DNA from: Cycas panzhihuaensis
Taxonomy: Eukaryota; Plantae; Cycadophyta
Assembly: GCA_023213395.1 (NCBI GenBank)
Contig: CM041465.1
Coordinates: 59,775,741-59,839,740 of the forward strand
Direction: 5' to 3'
DNA length: 64,000 bases
The position numbers and the translations under genes were made by a program. Below are positions 17,881-30,830 of the stretch, in pieces. The notes under the pieces were generated by a model, which did not search any database, was not told the origin of the DNA, and was given only the letters and a program-made list of their open reading frames with translations. Position 1 is the stretch's first letter; every line of letters begins with the position of its first letter.

Positions 17881-18325
17881 TGTTAGGGTTAATACTCGTC
17901 ACCTAACCCCCATCTTAAGTGCACACAACTTAAGGGTGAGTTAACGATAAATTAAGTTTATTTATTTTATACTTTATATTATTTTAATGTAATTTGAATT
18001 CAAGGTTGAGGAGGGATCCTACCCTCCTCTTGAATATTTATGTTATAGGGTTGTAAACCTTGGTGTTCATCAATACCATCTCCTTAATAGACATTTTGTA
18101 ATACTCTCTTAAAGATAGATTGAATACAAAGATTATTGTATTTATGCTATAATGAATTGATTACTTGATGTACTGCTCTGCTTTGTCTCCTTGATTCAAA
18201 CCTTCATATATGTGCTTCACATATACATATCACAATTTAAAAAATACTTATAAGAGTTAAGGAGGACACTTAATTAAATACATAAATCAATATTAAACAT
18301 TATGTTTTAACAAGCCACAACTTAA

Positions 18326-21300
18326 TGTTGTAAACCTAATTGTATGGTATTATATTTTATCCTTATTTATAATGTCTTAAGTTAATGTAATCATGCAAAG
18401 TTCCAATTGTCACATTGCATGGTCCTATGATTCATATTCCCTTAGCACTTTATAACAACCTCTTTTTATTTTATGTGCAAAGCTTTCATATAATCCTTCA
18501 TTATATTATGTACTTTGAATTTATAATATAAGTTATTAGTAATGAAATAAACATGCTTTAGAGCATTTGATTATGCTTTTAATTTTGTTTAATGGGTGAA
18601 TATTTTGAGGATGTTTTGAGTCTCAAACCTAGGTTATAAACCTATAGACATCTATCCTCTTTCACTTGGTATCAAAGCTAGCCTCTACCAAGTTTATCAA
18701 TCAATCTCTCTCTCTAGTATAGCTCTCATCAATGGTCACATTATGTTGAATGAAAAACTATTTATTGAATGCTTTATGACTTAAACAAACCTTTTACTAA
18801 CTACTTTTTAAGATCTATAATTTGATTGTATCATCTAAGTCTATTTTCCTTAAACCCGTGCTTCATAGCTTTAAACTATGATTTGTTGGATGTTGTTTTA
18901 AAGTTTGATCATTAAACATTTGTCATAACTGCTAAAATGATTTTAAGTTGTATTATTTAAAAATATGAACATTATATGGTTGTTTTTGAACTATATGATG
19001 ATTATTGGATACGGGGCGACCTTCGTTTGAGGCGTATTTACACTTGTGTTGACTGGGCAACCTTCATTGAGTCATATTAATATATTTATCTTTGTGTTGA
19101 TCAAGTAACATCTGTTTGGCCATTTTTTAATCCCTTTGTGATCTTCTTTTGGACTTATTTAATCTCTAGGTAACTCTATTGATTCTTGCATGGCTTATCT
19201 CTATTTTTAACCATTGCATAGCTTGTGTACATAGTATGTTCAATTTGTTGGCCTCTATTCAACCTGTGCAATCTCTATTTTTTGTTACCACACTTACACA
19301 TTAGCATTTTTCAATCTCATAGCTATTTAATAATTATAGATTGGATGTATTTGATTTAGAGTGATATTTAAAGGGAAACATAAGTGATTATAGAGGAATT
19401 CATGTTCCAATTCCTTTGATTTATAGTGATCTGAGGATTGAGATAGTATTGTTGATTTTATTTCACTCTTACACATAGTTGGATGGATTAAAATATGGTA
19501 TATGACTACTCAAACTGACCCTGACTAAGTTATCCTTGTAGTGAAGAAGACAAATTGAGATTCTATTACCTTTACAGAGAGATTTTGCTTCTCGTGTTTA
19601 CTCTATTCAATCATTTTTTAAAAATTTTGTCACCCAAATTTAGATTTTATAAAGTTGAAATACCTTTAGGTTATATAAATTAGCATATCATTAGAATATT
19701 CTATTTTTAATATAGGGCATAACCTAAAGTTTCTTTTTTAATCATTTTTTAAGCTTTTTAAGGCCTTGTTAAAATTTGTTTTAGGCATTTTTTAAGATTT
19801 TTTAAAAGTTTTTTTCTATTTTTTTGCTTAAAACATTAAAATGAATCTATTAATTACTAAATCTTTTTAAAATCAATAAAAAATATTAAAATAATAAAAA
19901 CTAAAAAAACCACCTAATTACTAACCTTACAAGGGGAATGATTAGGACCCCTGAAGTTACCACTCCGTACACACTATTAGTCCTTTTCAAATTCTATAGA
20001 TATTAGAGAGGTCATTTAGCTATCAGGTGTAACAAGTGGTAAGCTAAGATGTTTATATCTAAAACCTTAAAGTTTGGAGACTAGGTTAAACCTAAAGAGG
20101 GTGAGCTCTATGGTTGTAAGTGCACCCTTAGACAAGAATTTATCTTTTAGGCTATAAATCTAGTATAAATGGGTCAATAATATTAGGGAGAAGGCTAAGT
20201 CTTTTGTACTGCCTACATATCTTTGGGTATATTAGATCCCTAAGCTAGCACTTATGAGCAGGTACACCATAAGACAGGACCATCTTAATTACTAAGGGTT
20301 ATTTAAGAGTGGAGCTACTAAGACTTAGATCTTAATTTAGATCAACCTTTTTAGGTATACAGGACATATATTAGACACTATGGTACTTCAAATGATTATA
20401 TCTAATAATACTAAATTATCTAGCAATGATAACTTCTTAGTTTGAAAGAAATAAGTTAAGAATATTCTGATCATAAACAAACTTTGGCCTTATGTTTCTA
20501 GAAAAATTCCCAAGCTAGTTCTTGTTCAAGATCATACTGATTCTAATAACCTTATTCCACCTGATCCTAATGAAGTAGCTACCTTTACCAAGTTTGATAA
20601 ACTTTCCCTTTTTTTTCTTCACTTGTCCTATGAGGATAATATTAACCAGATTATAGAACTTGCTTCTATCTTTATAGAATCTTGGAACATCATCTATGCA
20701 CTCTATGAGAGGAAGGACAATGTTAGGGTAGTGATGCTCAAACCCCAACTTTTCGCCATTTCATTTGTAGGATCCATAGTGGCTTACTTATCCCAGATTA
20801 AAGTGATTAAGAACCAGTTTATAAGTATGAGCTAACCACCAAAGGGCAGTGATCTTATATCATACATTATTAATGTTTTGCCACTTGGTTATAATGCCTT
20901 CATATCTAATCTATCAAATATAAATTAGCTAGCTACCATTGATTTTAATACATTTGAGGGTTTACCACTCTAGGAAGAATGCATTTTAAACCATTCATGG
21001 AATTTAGATACTTCCTCTTCTACACCAACATTTGTAGTCAGACATAAAGAAAGACCTCAACGTTTATAATTAACACATCAATTTAGTTCAGTGAATTTAA
21101 ACTAGTAGCCTTATTAGCAACATAATCAGTCATTATATCAACCATATCAGCCTCAACTATTTTATAATCATCAGGTTATTTGTTACTATTGTGGAAAACT
21201 TGGAAACATAGCACTAGACTAAAAGAAAAAGAGAAGTTAACTTTCAGTAGTAACAATGTTAGAATCGCCTTGTTATGCAAGGTAATCAAACTTATAGGCA

Positions 21301-23985
21301 TGGAAACTATCAAGGACCTTAGAGATAAAATTAGCCAAACTATGAAGGACTAAGTAGACAAAATTAAAATGCTTCTAAGAGGAACTAATAGAATAAAAAT
21401 TACAACCAAAGATAGAACTAAGAAGGCTATATGGTTGACTCTTAAAACCTTTTCTTTGTTGCTTTATTATTTCATTATTCTGACATCTCTTGGTTGATCA
21501 ATTTGGGTACTTTTCAAGACATAATAAATTTGGAAGAACTCCTAACTGATATAAGACTAATTAAGGATCAATTTGTTACCTTTGGAGATGATGATATACT
21601 AGAGGTTTCCAAGATTGGTAATGTTCCTATCTTATTGAAGAATTTGAACACTCCCCATCATCTCAACAATGTGTTCCATGTACCTAACATGACACGTAAC
21701 TTACTTTCATTTAGCCAGATAAATTAAAAAGCTTTGATATTTTATTTAGCCATCTTAGAAAACGCCTAATTATAAATTTAAATAACAACTTAATTGCCTT
21801 AGGATACAAAGATCATAGACTCTATAAGCTTGATGTTATGACCAGACCATTGATCTACACACCCAAATTTAGTTCTTGTAGCAATTCAACTTCAATTCCT
21901 AATTATTCTACTTCCTAATTATTCTACTTCAACATCAAATTCAAATGATCAATTTGCTTCTCAAATGTATGTTTCTCCTAAGATTCTAAAAGACTAGTTA
22001 TGGGGTCAATGCCTTAGTCACTTGAATATGACCAGCCTTTATTTGCTCTATAGATTAAATATGGTACATCGCATACTGAATATAAAGGAGGCTAAGTGCA
22101 TTTGTGAGGTTTGTGTAATGGGAAAATGCCATCGGACTCTTTTCAGGTCAAATGGGAGAGCTTGACATGCTAAGGAACCTTAAGGCCTGGTACATTTAGA
22201 TATATGTGGGCCCATGTCTCAAGCATCCTTTGGAGGTTATCACTAGTTTATCACATTTATTGGTGATTACTCAAGGAAAGTATGGGTGTATTTCATGAAG
22301 AAAAAATCATAAGCTCTTGATAAATTTAAAGTATTTAAGCATGGCACAAAAATTAAATCTAGAAGGCCATTAAAAATTCTTTATTATGATACTAGAGGTG
22401 AATACATATCAATTTACTCAATTCTGTGAGGATAATGGTATCAAATGGTAGTCTTTTTCCCCCATATATCCCTCAATAGAATGGAGTCATTGAGCAAATG
22501 AATTGGACCTTGGTTAACAAAGGCAAACCCATGCTTGCTACCAAGAGTTTAGGACTCTAATTCTAGGATGAAGCCCTTCATACAATAGACTATCTCACAA
22601 AGAAAAGTTCTACCAAGTTTATGTTAAACATTAGTCCTAAGGAGACCTGGTCAAGTTAAAAACCTACAGTCTAACACTTAACATACTTTTGGTTTTATAG
22701 TGTATATACTTATACCAAAAGAATAGAGGAAAAAGTTAGATGATAAGAGTAGGAAATGTATCTTTATTAGTTATTAACCTGGCTACAAAGTATATAAATT
22801 ATATGATCCTACCACCAACCAAATGTATACATCTTGGGATGTCATATTCTTATAAGAGAACTAGGATATGGATATTAATCAAATTTCATTCTCTGATGAT
22901 CAATCACATAAAGCACCAATTACTCCTCCTGCTTTATAAGATATTTCTCTAATACACATGCCTCTAACATCAATATGTACTCTTAGTTCCATGTATGCTC
23001 GACCTACCTCTACATCTATATCTTCAACTATTAGTCATTCAGAGGATATTCATGATAAGGCTAAAAACAATTGCCTAAATTATACATGTAGACGATCTCT
23101 TCTACTCTTTCACCACCACAATAAGTGAAGAGACAATCAAAATACAGGTCATCCACTAACTTCCCCTTAATAGCAATAGTATTGTCAACTCTTTAATCCT
23201 CTACTTTTAAGGAAGTTATTATAGATCCAAAATGGCAAGTAACAATGGCTAAAAAAATGGATTCTATCCTACAGAATGATACTTGGGAGCCTATTGAGTT
23301 GTTTGAAAATAAGAAATCAATTGATTGTAGATGGATTTATAAAATAAAATTTCATGCATATGGCTCCATTCAATGACATAAAGCTCATTTGGTTGCTAAA
23401 GGTTTCAAAAAGATTAAAGGTATTAACTATGATAATGCATTTACACCAGTTACCAACATGACCATTGTTAGGATTATTTTGGAACTTGTAGCTTAATTTA
23501 AATGCCCTATATACTAGATGGATATAAAAAGTGCCTCTTTAAATAGCTACTCAAAAGAGGAAATCTACATAAATCAGCCTCATGGCTTTGTTGTTCATGG
23601 AAAAAGCACTGAGTCTATAAATTAAAAAAGTCATTGTATGGCCTTCAACAATCACCTTGTACTTGGTATACAAAGACTAATGATTATTTTCAAAAGCATA
23701 GACTTAACCCTTTATCTTCAAATTTAAATCTGTATATCAGAATCTATAATGATTTGATCACTCTGGTCATACTTTATGTCAATAATTTATTTATAATTAG
23801 AAATGACACATAATTGATTTTATATCTCCAGGGAGAACTAAAAGGCGGCTTTGAGATGATTAAACTTTGATTACTTTATTATTTTCTTAGTATGAAAATT
23901 TAGTAGAAGCTAGGCCATATTTTCCTTTTATGGTCAAAATATATAAAGAAAATTCTTTAAAAACACATAATATTTGAATATAACC
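18326..23985 (+). mobile_element. Decayed Ty1/copia element C: 5' LTR 18326-18664, PBS 18667-18678, ~1.7 kb leader, gag-pol ~20380-23985, truncated in RT by element D
   Basis: PBS tggtatcaaagc; gag LYERKDNVRV; knuckle CYYCGKLG; integrase VHLDICGPM; RT HKAHLVAKGF and MDIKSASLN. Confidence 0.9.
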
Positions 23986-24071
23986 TATTAAAATATTCAA
24001 TAGAAATATGTAAAGAAAATTCTTTAAAAACACATAATATTTGAATATAAACTATTAAAATATTCAATAGA
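23944..24071 (+). repeat. 67-bp tandem duplication spanning the C/D insertion junction
   Basis: taaagaaaattctttaaaaacacataatatttgaatataa...tattaaaatattcaataga occurs twice. Confidence 0.9.
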
Positions 24072-26430
24072 GATCATTCAATATCAGGAATAATAGAATA
24101 AGTATCATGAACATAATGAAGATAGCATTAACTTGTAATTACAATGTCTACAGCATAATGACACTATAATAATAACTCCATAATAATCTCCACCTTAACT
24201 CAATGTGTACTCTACACTACCCACTCATTTATACACCACAATTAAAAATATATAGGATGAGATGTGGTATATATGGGACTATTAACCTCTAACACAATTA
24301 ATAATATATCACCTACTAATTAACCAATAACTTATAAACCACCTACTTACACAAATGTGCATTATATTAGTATTATAATATTAATCCTCTAAAGTCTAAT
24401 ATCTCTCTTTAATGTACATTTGGGGAATCCTTGAATTTACAATACCTTATTCTTGAAGATGATGCATTTAGTTTGATCTTCACCTTTATTTCTGTAATGA
24501 TGTCTTTATAATAGTCTTCGAGAGTAATGATTTTTAAACTTGATTGTACTCATCTTCATCTGTAACAATGAGTTCTTTATCATATAAAAGGTATAGTAGA
24601 TCATGGTTGGTCTAATTTAAGCTTGATATAGATCTAGTAAGTAATCTTGTAGGTAATCATCAAAGGCATCTTGAAGTTTGAAGTGTATATTAAGCATGTC
24701 TTCAATCATTATTTAAATCATCACCTACTTGCCTTTATTTTCTTTACCATGTGAATAATCATCATCTATTGAGCCAATATCACAATTTGAAGATAAGACA
24801 TCAAAAGAGGAATCACCATCACTTGAAAAATAAACATCAATAATTTGTATAAGTTCTTCCTTTTGACTAGCATGTCCAACAATAAGTTCTTCATCTTTTG
24901 GAGAAAAGTCTTTATCAATTTTTTAACAATTTAAATTTAAACCAATAGTCAAATTAGAAATTAAGTTTGTATCAACAAATTTATCTTTAATAGGACAACT
25001 AGATTCAAATTTATCCTATTACTTAATCACAATCATTTGTAGTTGGTTCAACATGCTTAGTATCTCATTATATTCAATAATGCATTCAATAGTAGTTTCT
25101 TCACATTCATCACTAGTCTCATCAATTTCTTGGCATACTTTTTCACCCATATTAATAATACATTTTTCATCATGTTTACCTGTATTACAATCATTAATGA
25201 TTTTGTTTACTTTCTCAAGAATCTCTTGCACCCCTTTAGGGCTCTTTTCATACACATCCTTCAAAAGATGCCAAGCTTCTTTAGTAGTATCAATATTATG
25301 AATTGTATAAATGAGAAAATGATACGAAGAATGAAGTTTATCTTCATCAAACGTAGCAATAATAACATCAATTATTATTTTATTTATTTTTCTAAAAAGA
25401 AATTCCCCTTCTACATCAATTAAGATAACAACATGTCTATTAATGATAAATTTCTATAACCATTTGTACATAAATATACTTTATATTTTTATTGCCTAAT
25501 ATCAAAAATTTATTATAGTGTACTTAGGTAAGGGAAAAGGAAAATATATTAGCCAATACTCATTCCTCTTAGGCACAAAAATAGTGATGCCGTCCAACTC
25601 CATGATATAAGAATGAGTTAATTAAAAGTATATTATATAAAATTCATGCATCTAATTTAAACTAAAATAACTCAATCAAATCAATAACAAATACCTTCAA
25701 ATTATATGCCAAAATGGTTATCTCTAAAATATGATTCCAACACTTCAGACAATTTGCAAAACGGATGCCTAGTTGAGGAGATATTGAGAAAACTATAACA
25801 TAACCCCTTATGAAAAATTAATTAAGATCATTAAAGTTTTAGCCCATTTAATGAATTAGCAATAGGTCATATTAAGGCTCTATAAGATAAAATGCTAAAC
25901 CAATAAGGGCTAGCAGATCCCAAATTATATTCCAATCTAATTTATTCTAAATTCGAATTCGCAAAAAAAAAAAAAAAATCGCCACATTCCCATTTAGTGC
26001 CTACAAATTAAAGTAACTTTCAATATAATTAAATTAAATCCAAAACTTTGAAAAATAATTAACCTTCACCTACGCGTACTTATAGTAATCTATGATGTCT
26101 CGATGAATTTGATGAACCCTCGATTAAGTAATCATCTTCTATCCATTCTCTGAGAATACTCCACATGCACGGTTTCTTAGCCATTGATCTACAATTATGT
26201 ATTTGATTTTAATTAGGGTTTTCTTATTCAAAAAGTTTTATGGACAGCTCCAGAGCTATTTCAATCAAATATTTACTCTAGTTTTTATTGTGGTTTTATC
26301 TTCTTCATGTATAATGATTGAGTTGGTCGCAAAGATGGTACAAATGTCTATTCTCCTCAGGACTTTGCTCTCTTTTTATGCGAACAACTCTTCCATGGTT
26401 GGGTTGTCTTTCATGGCAAGGCAATGAACT
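24054..26430 (-). mobile_element. Gag-only element D: 3' LTR ~24054-24401, PPT, Gag-cargo frame ~24440-25603; 5' LTR missing
   Basis: MELDGITIFVPKRNEYWLIYFPFPLPKY...TKEAWHLLKDVYEKSPKGVQEIL is homologous to the ORFs of F and G; the LTR resembles G's LTR. Confidence 0.8.
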
Positions 26431-27729
26431 TAAGTTCTTCACCTTATGTATCAATTAATCATATCATGCAGATAAGTGTTTCACCTTATATATCAAGTAA
26501 TCATATCATATCAAATGATGTATGTACATATTTATAAGTTCTTCACCTTATGTATCAACTAATCATATCATATAGATATATCAACCAATCACATTACATA
26601 TGTAAGAAACATTTCATATTGACCAATGACTCTTTGACTTACTGATTAAATATTACATCAATATTCATAAAATTGAATATTCTACTACTCCCTACTTCCC
26701 CTTAATGTTTAATTTGAGCCTTCAAACATCTTCATTTTCATGTCTTTATCCTATATCTTTATGTTGTATCTTTATACTAAATCACCTACTCATCTATGTC
26801 CTAGTTTTACTTCTATCACTTATAAATATCATCCATCAAACATGTCTTTATTGCTTGTTCACGTACAAGCAACACCTGTTATATCATAGCTCACTACTTG
26901 TAAACCTCAATCAATCAAATATAACTCATGACTCTCAACTCATCATGATATATGAAAATTTTCTAATAACTTGATATCTTCATATGTAAGTTATAAAGCC
27001 AAACTTATCAAGTCATCAATTAACCAATTCACTAATGTCTATGTAAAACAACAACCATCTACCGAAATACATAGAAAACCAACTATTGTATGAAATATTT
27101 TTTATATGTGGTTCATCAATTTCATAAAACAAAAATATAACATACTAATATTAGTCAAATATATTGTATAAGAGTAACTTATAAATCTTTCTCACTTCTT
27201 GCTTATAAGATAAACATGCATTGTCTCCATCAACAATTCTATACATATCTATAACTTTATTAGCAACCAATTTCATTAAACTCAATTCTCAACCCATTGA
27301 CTCTAGGAATAGTACATACCACCTAGCTTACCATGCTAGTTAAAATAAGGTAACATACAATAATATTTTTTCATTCCTCATATCATACATGGCTATCAGA
27401 TTTTTTACTAAAAAACACATATCAATTGGACTTTTCAATAGTTAAACCGAGTTTTATGGATAATCCGTAACCATTATTGTTAATTTATCGATAACACTTA
27501 TGAGACCACTCCCTTATCTTATATCATGTGAAAACTCTTCAATATCATAAACTCAACCAATTCTCAAACTCTCAAATAATAATAATCCAACTTCAACCCA
27601 TCCAAACAATATCAAACTCATAAATAATCATGCAATTTCAAATGTGTCATCATTCAACCAAATCATGTAATCAAATCAAGTGGTTTATTCTTTATTCCAT
27701 CAATTTATATCAAATTCATTTGATTAATG

Positions 27730-27901
27730 GTGCACTTCATTATATCAAATGTATTTTATGCAATTTGAGAATTAATTTATCATGTCCAACATGTCTCTCT
27801 TTCATCGCTCCTTGATTCATAGTGCACTTCATTGTATCAAATGCATTTTAGGCAATTTGAGAATTAATTTATCATGTCCAACATGTCTCTCTTTCATCGC
27901 T
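27730..27901. repeat. ~92-bp tandem duplication inside element E
   Basis: gtgcacttcatt...gcaatttgagaattaatttatcatgtccaacatgtctctctttcatcgct occurs twice. Confidence 0.9.
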
Positions 27902-30100
27902 TCTTACGTATGCTTCATTTTTTAAAATTAAGCCATAAATGTGTGATAAATGAGCCTTAAATGTGTTTTTTTTGTTATTTTTCAACTAACCAAGTATCAA
28001 AAAATATTATCATACATCAATTTGCATCATCATGCATTTAAGAGCCTTTAAAATCACCAAAATTTACCTAATCATAACTCAAGTTAGTAAAAAAATAAAC
28101 CTTTTAACATGTCAAAAATTGTTTACTCAACTTTGTTAATTAAAATTTCTATCATGCAAGTTTTAAAATAGACCTTACAACTAGTCATTGTGTCCATCTT
28201 TTAGTCTTCTTTCCAATGCAATTGACAGTAATTGATTATAAGTCCATATGATATAGTTATGACAAAAAAACTAATGATGTCTTTCAAAAATGAAAAAGCA
28301 AGTTAAAATGAATTAAGAACTCATCTTTTAGCCCATTTTTCACAATTCTTCTCCATGTGATCTATCGCTGACTGAAAGGAGGCTTTATAGATCTCAAAAT
28401 TCTTTCCAATTCAATTAAATATAAAAATATAATTTTACCAAATAATTTCACCATTTCAAATTCCCTGGTAGGATTTAGTCTGTAAAGAATGGCGATTAGT
28501 ATTTCTACAATTTGGGCATCAGGCAAATTTGTTTGTGTTTTCTATGGATTTGTTATAAATATCAATGGTATATGACTGAGGGCCAATAGTTTTAGGGTGA
28601 TTCTTCATTTAACAGGAGATTCCCTGGCATTTTATGTTTAGGGAACATGGTAATGGAGCTATATTTGTAATCTTTTATTGTCTTTGCAATGTTCAATTGG
28701 CACTTGCTTGATCTCTATTAGTTGCATTAGGCAATTATCTTCACACAGTTAACACCATGGGTTAACTTGATGTGGTTTTCTTCAATGGGCAAAGAAATGA
28801 ACACTTAATCGGGTGACTAATAAATCAAATCTGAATGTGGCTTTTTCGTGTGTAGACTTAACGATAAGATATATGCATTTGGCTCTATTTTGTCATGGCA
28901 GTTGATGCTTCACCCTACCATGACTAGGTTATGTCATCCACACAAGCTTCCTCCTATAATAGTGAATATCGAACTCCTCTACAATCTACAAGGTCTCTAA
29001 TCGCATGCCCTCCAAACTACCTTTATCTAGGCTCTGTTTTCTTAATTGTTCAATAATCTTCTTCTATTCATGTGCCAGCAACCACAAATATTTAATATAT
29101 ATCTATCTCACAATCATCATGCCAGTAAATTGTCTACGAATAATAAGCCTCTATGTATGAATACTTGAAACTTTGTTAATCACTCTTTACCATGATGATG
29201 TTTACGAGTAACATATCATATTATCATTACACAACCAACTAAATGGATGATAAAACCATGCTCACTATTTGTCACATACATAAATATCAAAGCCCTTGTT
29301 TCCTTATATGCAAAATCCTTCAAATTTACCAAACCCTAACCAGTCATATGTCTACTTCAAAATCTTTATCTTTCAATTATACATGTCAATCTTTTCATCA
29401 TGAATAATAGCAATTTGTCTCAATAGTTCAACAGTGAAATAACACACCCTTGTAATAAACCCTTTCATGTAAAACTATCAAATAAATGTAATGATACCTA
29501 TTTCTGTAGGAAATCTTGGTATCATACCATACACAAAATTATTATGAACATAAAACAAAAATTATTCATTGAATATGATCTTCTATATTAAGGTGATTTA
29601 CATGACTACATATTTATACTTGGTCACCTCTTAATCAACCAATTACATGTTGTGACCATTACAACCACCACTACGCACACACCTTAATAACGTATTTTAA
29701 TATTCCTGAATGTGTTAAGGGTGACCCCTTAACACTAACATTTTCACCACTTTCTAATACTAATATTATCCTTAGACCATTCAACATTAGACCCCATAGA
29801 CATTACTCCCGAAATATTAAACATCATTTCTAACACCCCACTATAATGTTTAATTTCTAAACAAGACACTTCCAAACTATATATTAAGAATAGACTTCTA
29901 ACTAACAAACAGATCACAAACCACCTAACTTTATGGCATCAACATCCCTTCTTTAATGTATATTTAGGGTCTTCTGAATTTGCGGTGCCTCATCCTTAAA
30001 GATGTCTTGAAGATGGTATCTTCAATTTGTTCTTTAGTTTTAATCCTATGATGATGTCCTTAATGTAGTCACTCTCTAAAGAAATGATCCTTTCTTAAAG

Positions 30101-30421
30101 CCATACCAAATCATCAAAAGCAATACACTTTCTCTTATCTAGAGAACCTCCAGATATGGGTGCTAAAATAGCATAAAACATGCCCAGATCTACTTTGCCT
30201 AACCCAATTTTATTTAACAGGGTCAATAGTCTTTCATTCACTGCCTCATTAAGTTGAGTGTTCCAGTGATTAAAGCATATGGAAAGCACTTTTCTATACA
30301 TCTTCATAGCTTTTTTATAAATGCCCACATCTCTAAACAAGCTCCCAAGATTATATAAAACATCCATGTGATCAGGCTTAAGCTCTATGGATTTTTGAAA
30401 CTCTTATATAGTTCTTTCATC
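30101..30421 (-). pseudogene. Captured, internally deleted fragment of a plant EF-hand/TPR protein gene (At1g05150/At2g32450-like)
   Basis: DERTI*EFQKSIELKPDHMDVLYNLGSLFRDVG...NHWNTQLNEAV|NERLLTLLNKIGLGKVDLGMFYAILAPISGGSLDKRKCIAFDDLVW matches two separate parts of that family as recalled from memory; not database-checked. Confidence 0.8.
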
Positions 30422-30717
30422 CATTATTAAATAAGAATATGAGCTAGAGAAATGACATCCAAATAACCACATAAGATCTTGAAGAGAGAAGAAAATATAG
30501 AATGATTCCTCTTTATAGTCATTGAAGCTTATTAATGCTACTAGAACGTGTTCTACTTCCACAATATAGTCCTTGATCATCAAATCAGTTCCCTCTATAT
30601 CCTTCAAGGGTACTAAAGTCCATGCATAAAGAAGATCGGTGCGTATTATAAATGTGTGAAATCTTTCTTTTACAAAAATAGCCATGGCAGCATTTGCTAT
30701 ACCAAGTGAACTCTTGA

Positions 30718-30830
30718 GGATCATGGTGTAAACAACCTTTCTATTTGTAATCATGGATTCAATCAAAGATGAAATCTTAAGGATCGTGGTGTAAACAACC
30801 TTTCTATTTGTAATCATGGATTCAATCAAA
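30718..30830 (-). repeat. Frame-preserving 63-bp tandem duplication (LIESMITNRKVVYTxILK twice)
   Basis: Visible in both the DNA and the ORF track. Confidence 0.95.

Larger units (their letters stand above)
14470..18206 (+). mobile_element. Gag-only (TR-GAG-like) non-autonomous LTR element B: LTRs 14470-14795 and 17881-18206, inserted in the 5' LTR of A
   Basis: Paired ~325-bp LTRs; PBS tagtattagagcc (decayed tggtatcagagcc); PPT gggggag; TSD tatgt/tatat; no PR/INT/RT/RH. Confidence 0.92.
12734..18312 (-). mobile_element. Small non-autonomous (TRIM-like) LTR element A: 3' LTR 12734-13125, ~1.07 kb non-coding internal region, PBS 14181-14192, 5' LTR 14193-14469 plus 18207-18312 (split by element B)
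   Basis: Two diverged direct repeats tgataaaa...ttttaaca; PPT aggggtggg; degenerate tRNA-iMet PBS (actctcatacca on +); TSD agtca/agcca. Confidence 0.88.

Noticed and set aside
26430-26590. CRISPR-like spaced repeats
   Set aside because: Irregular ~42-bp LTR sub-repeats without unique spacers, in eukaryotic DNA.
30095-30367. Functional TPR gene
   Set aside because: Fragmentary, internally deleted, preceded by an in-frame stop and enclosed by LTRs; treated as captured cargo.
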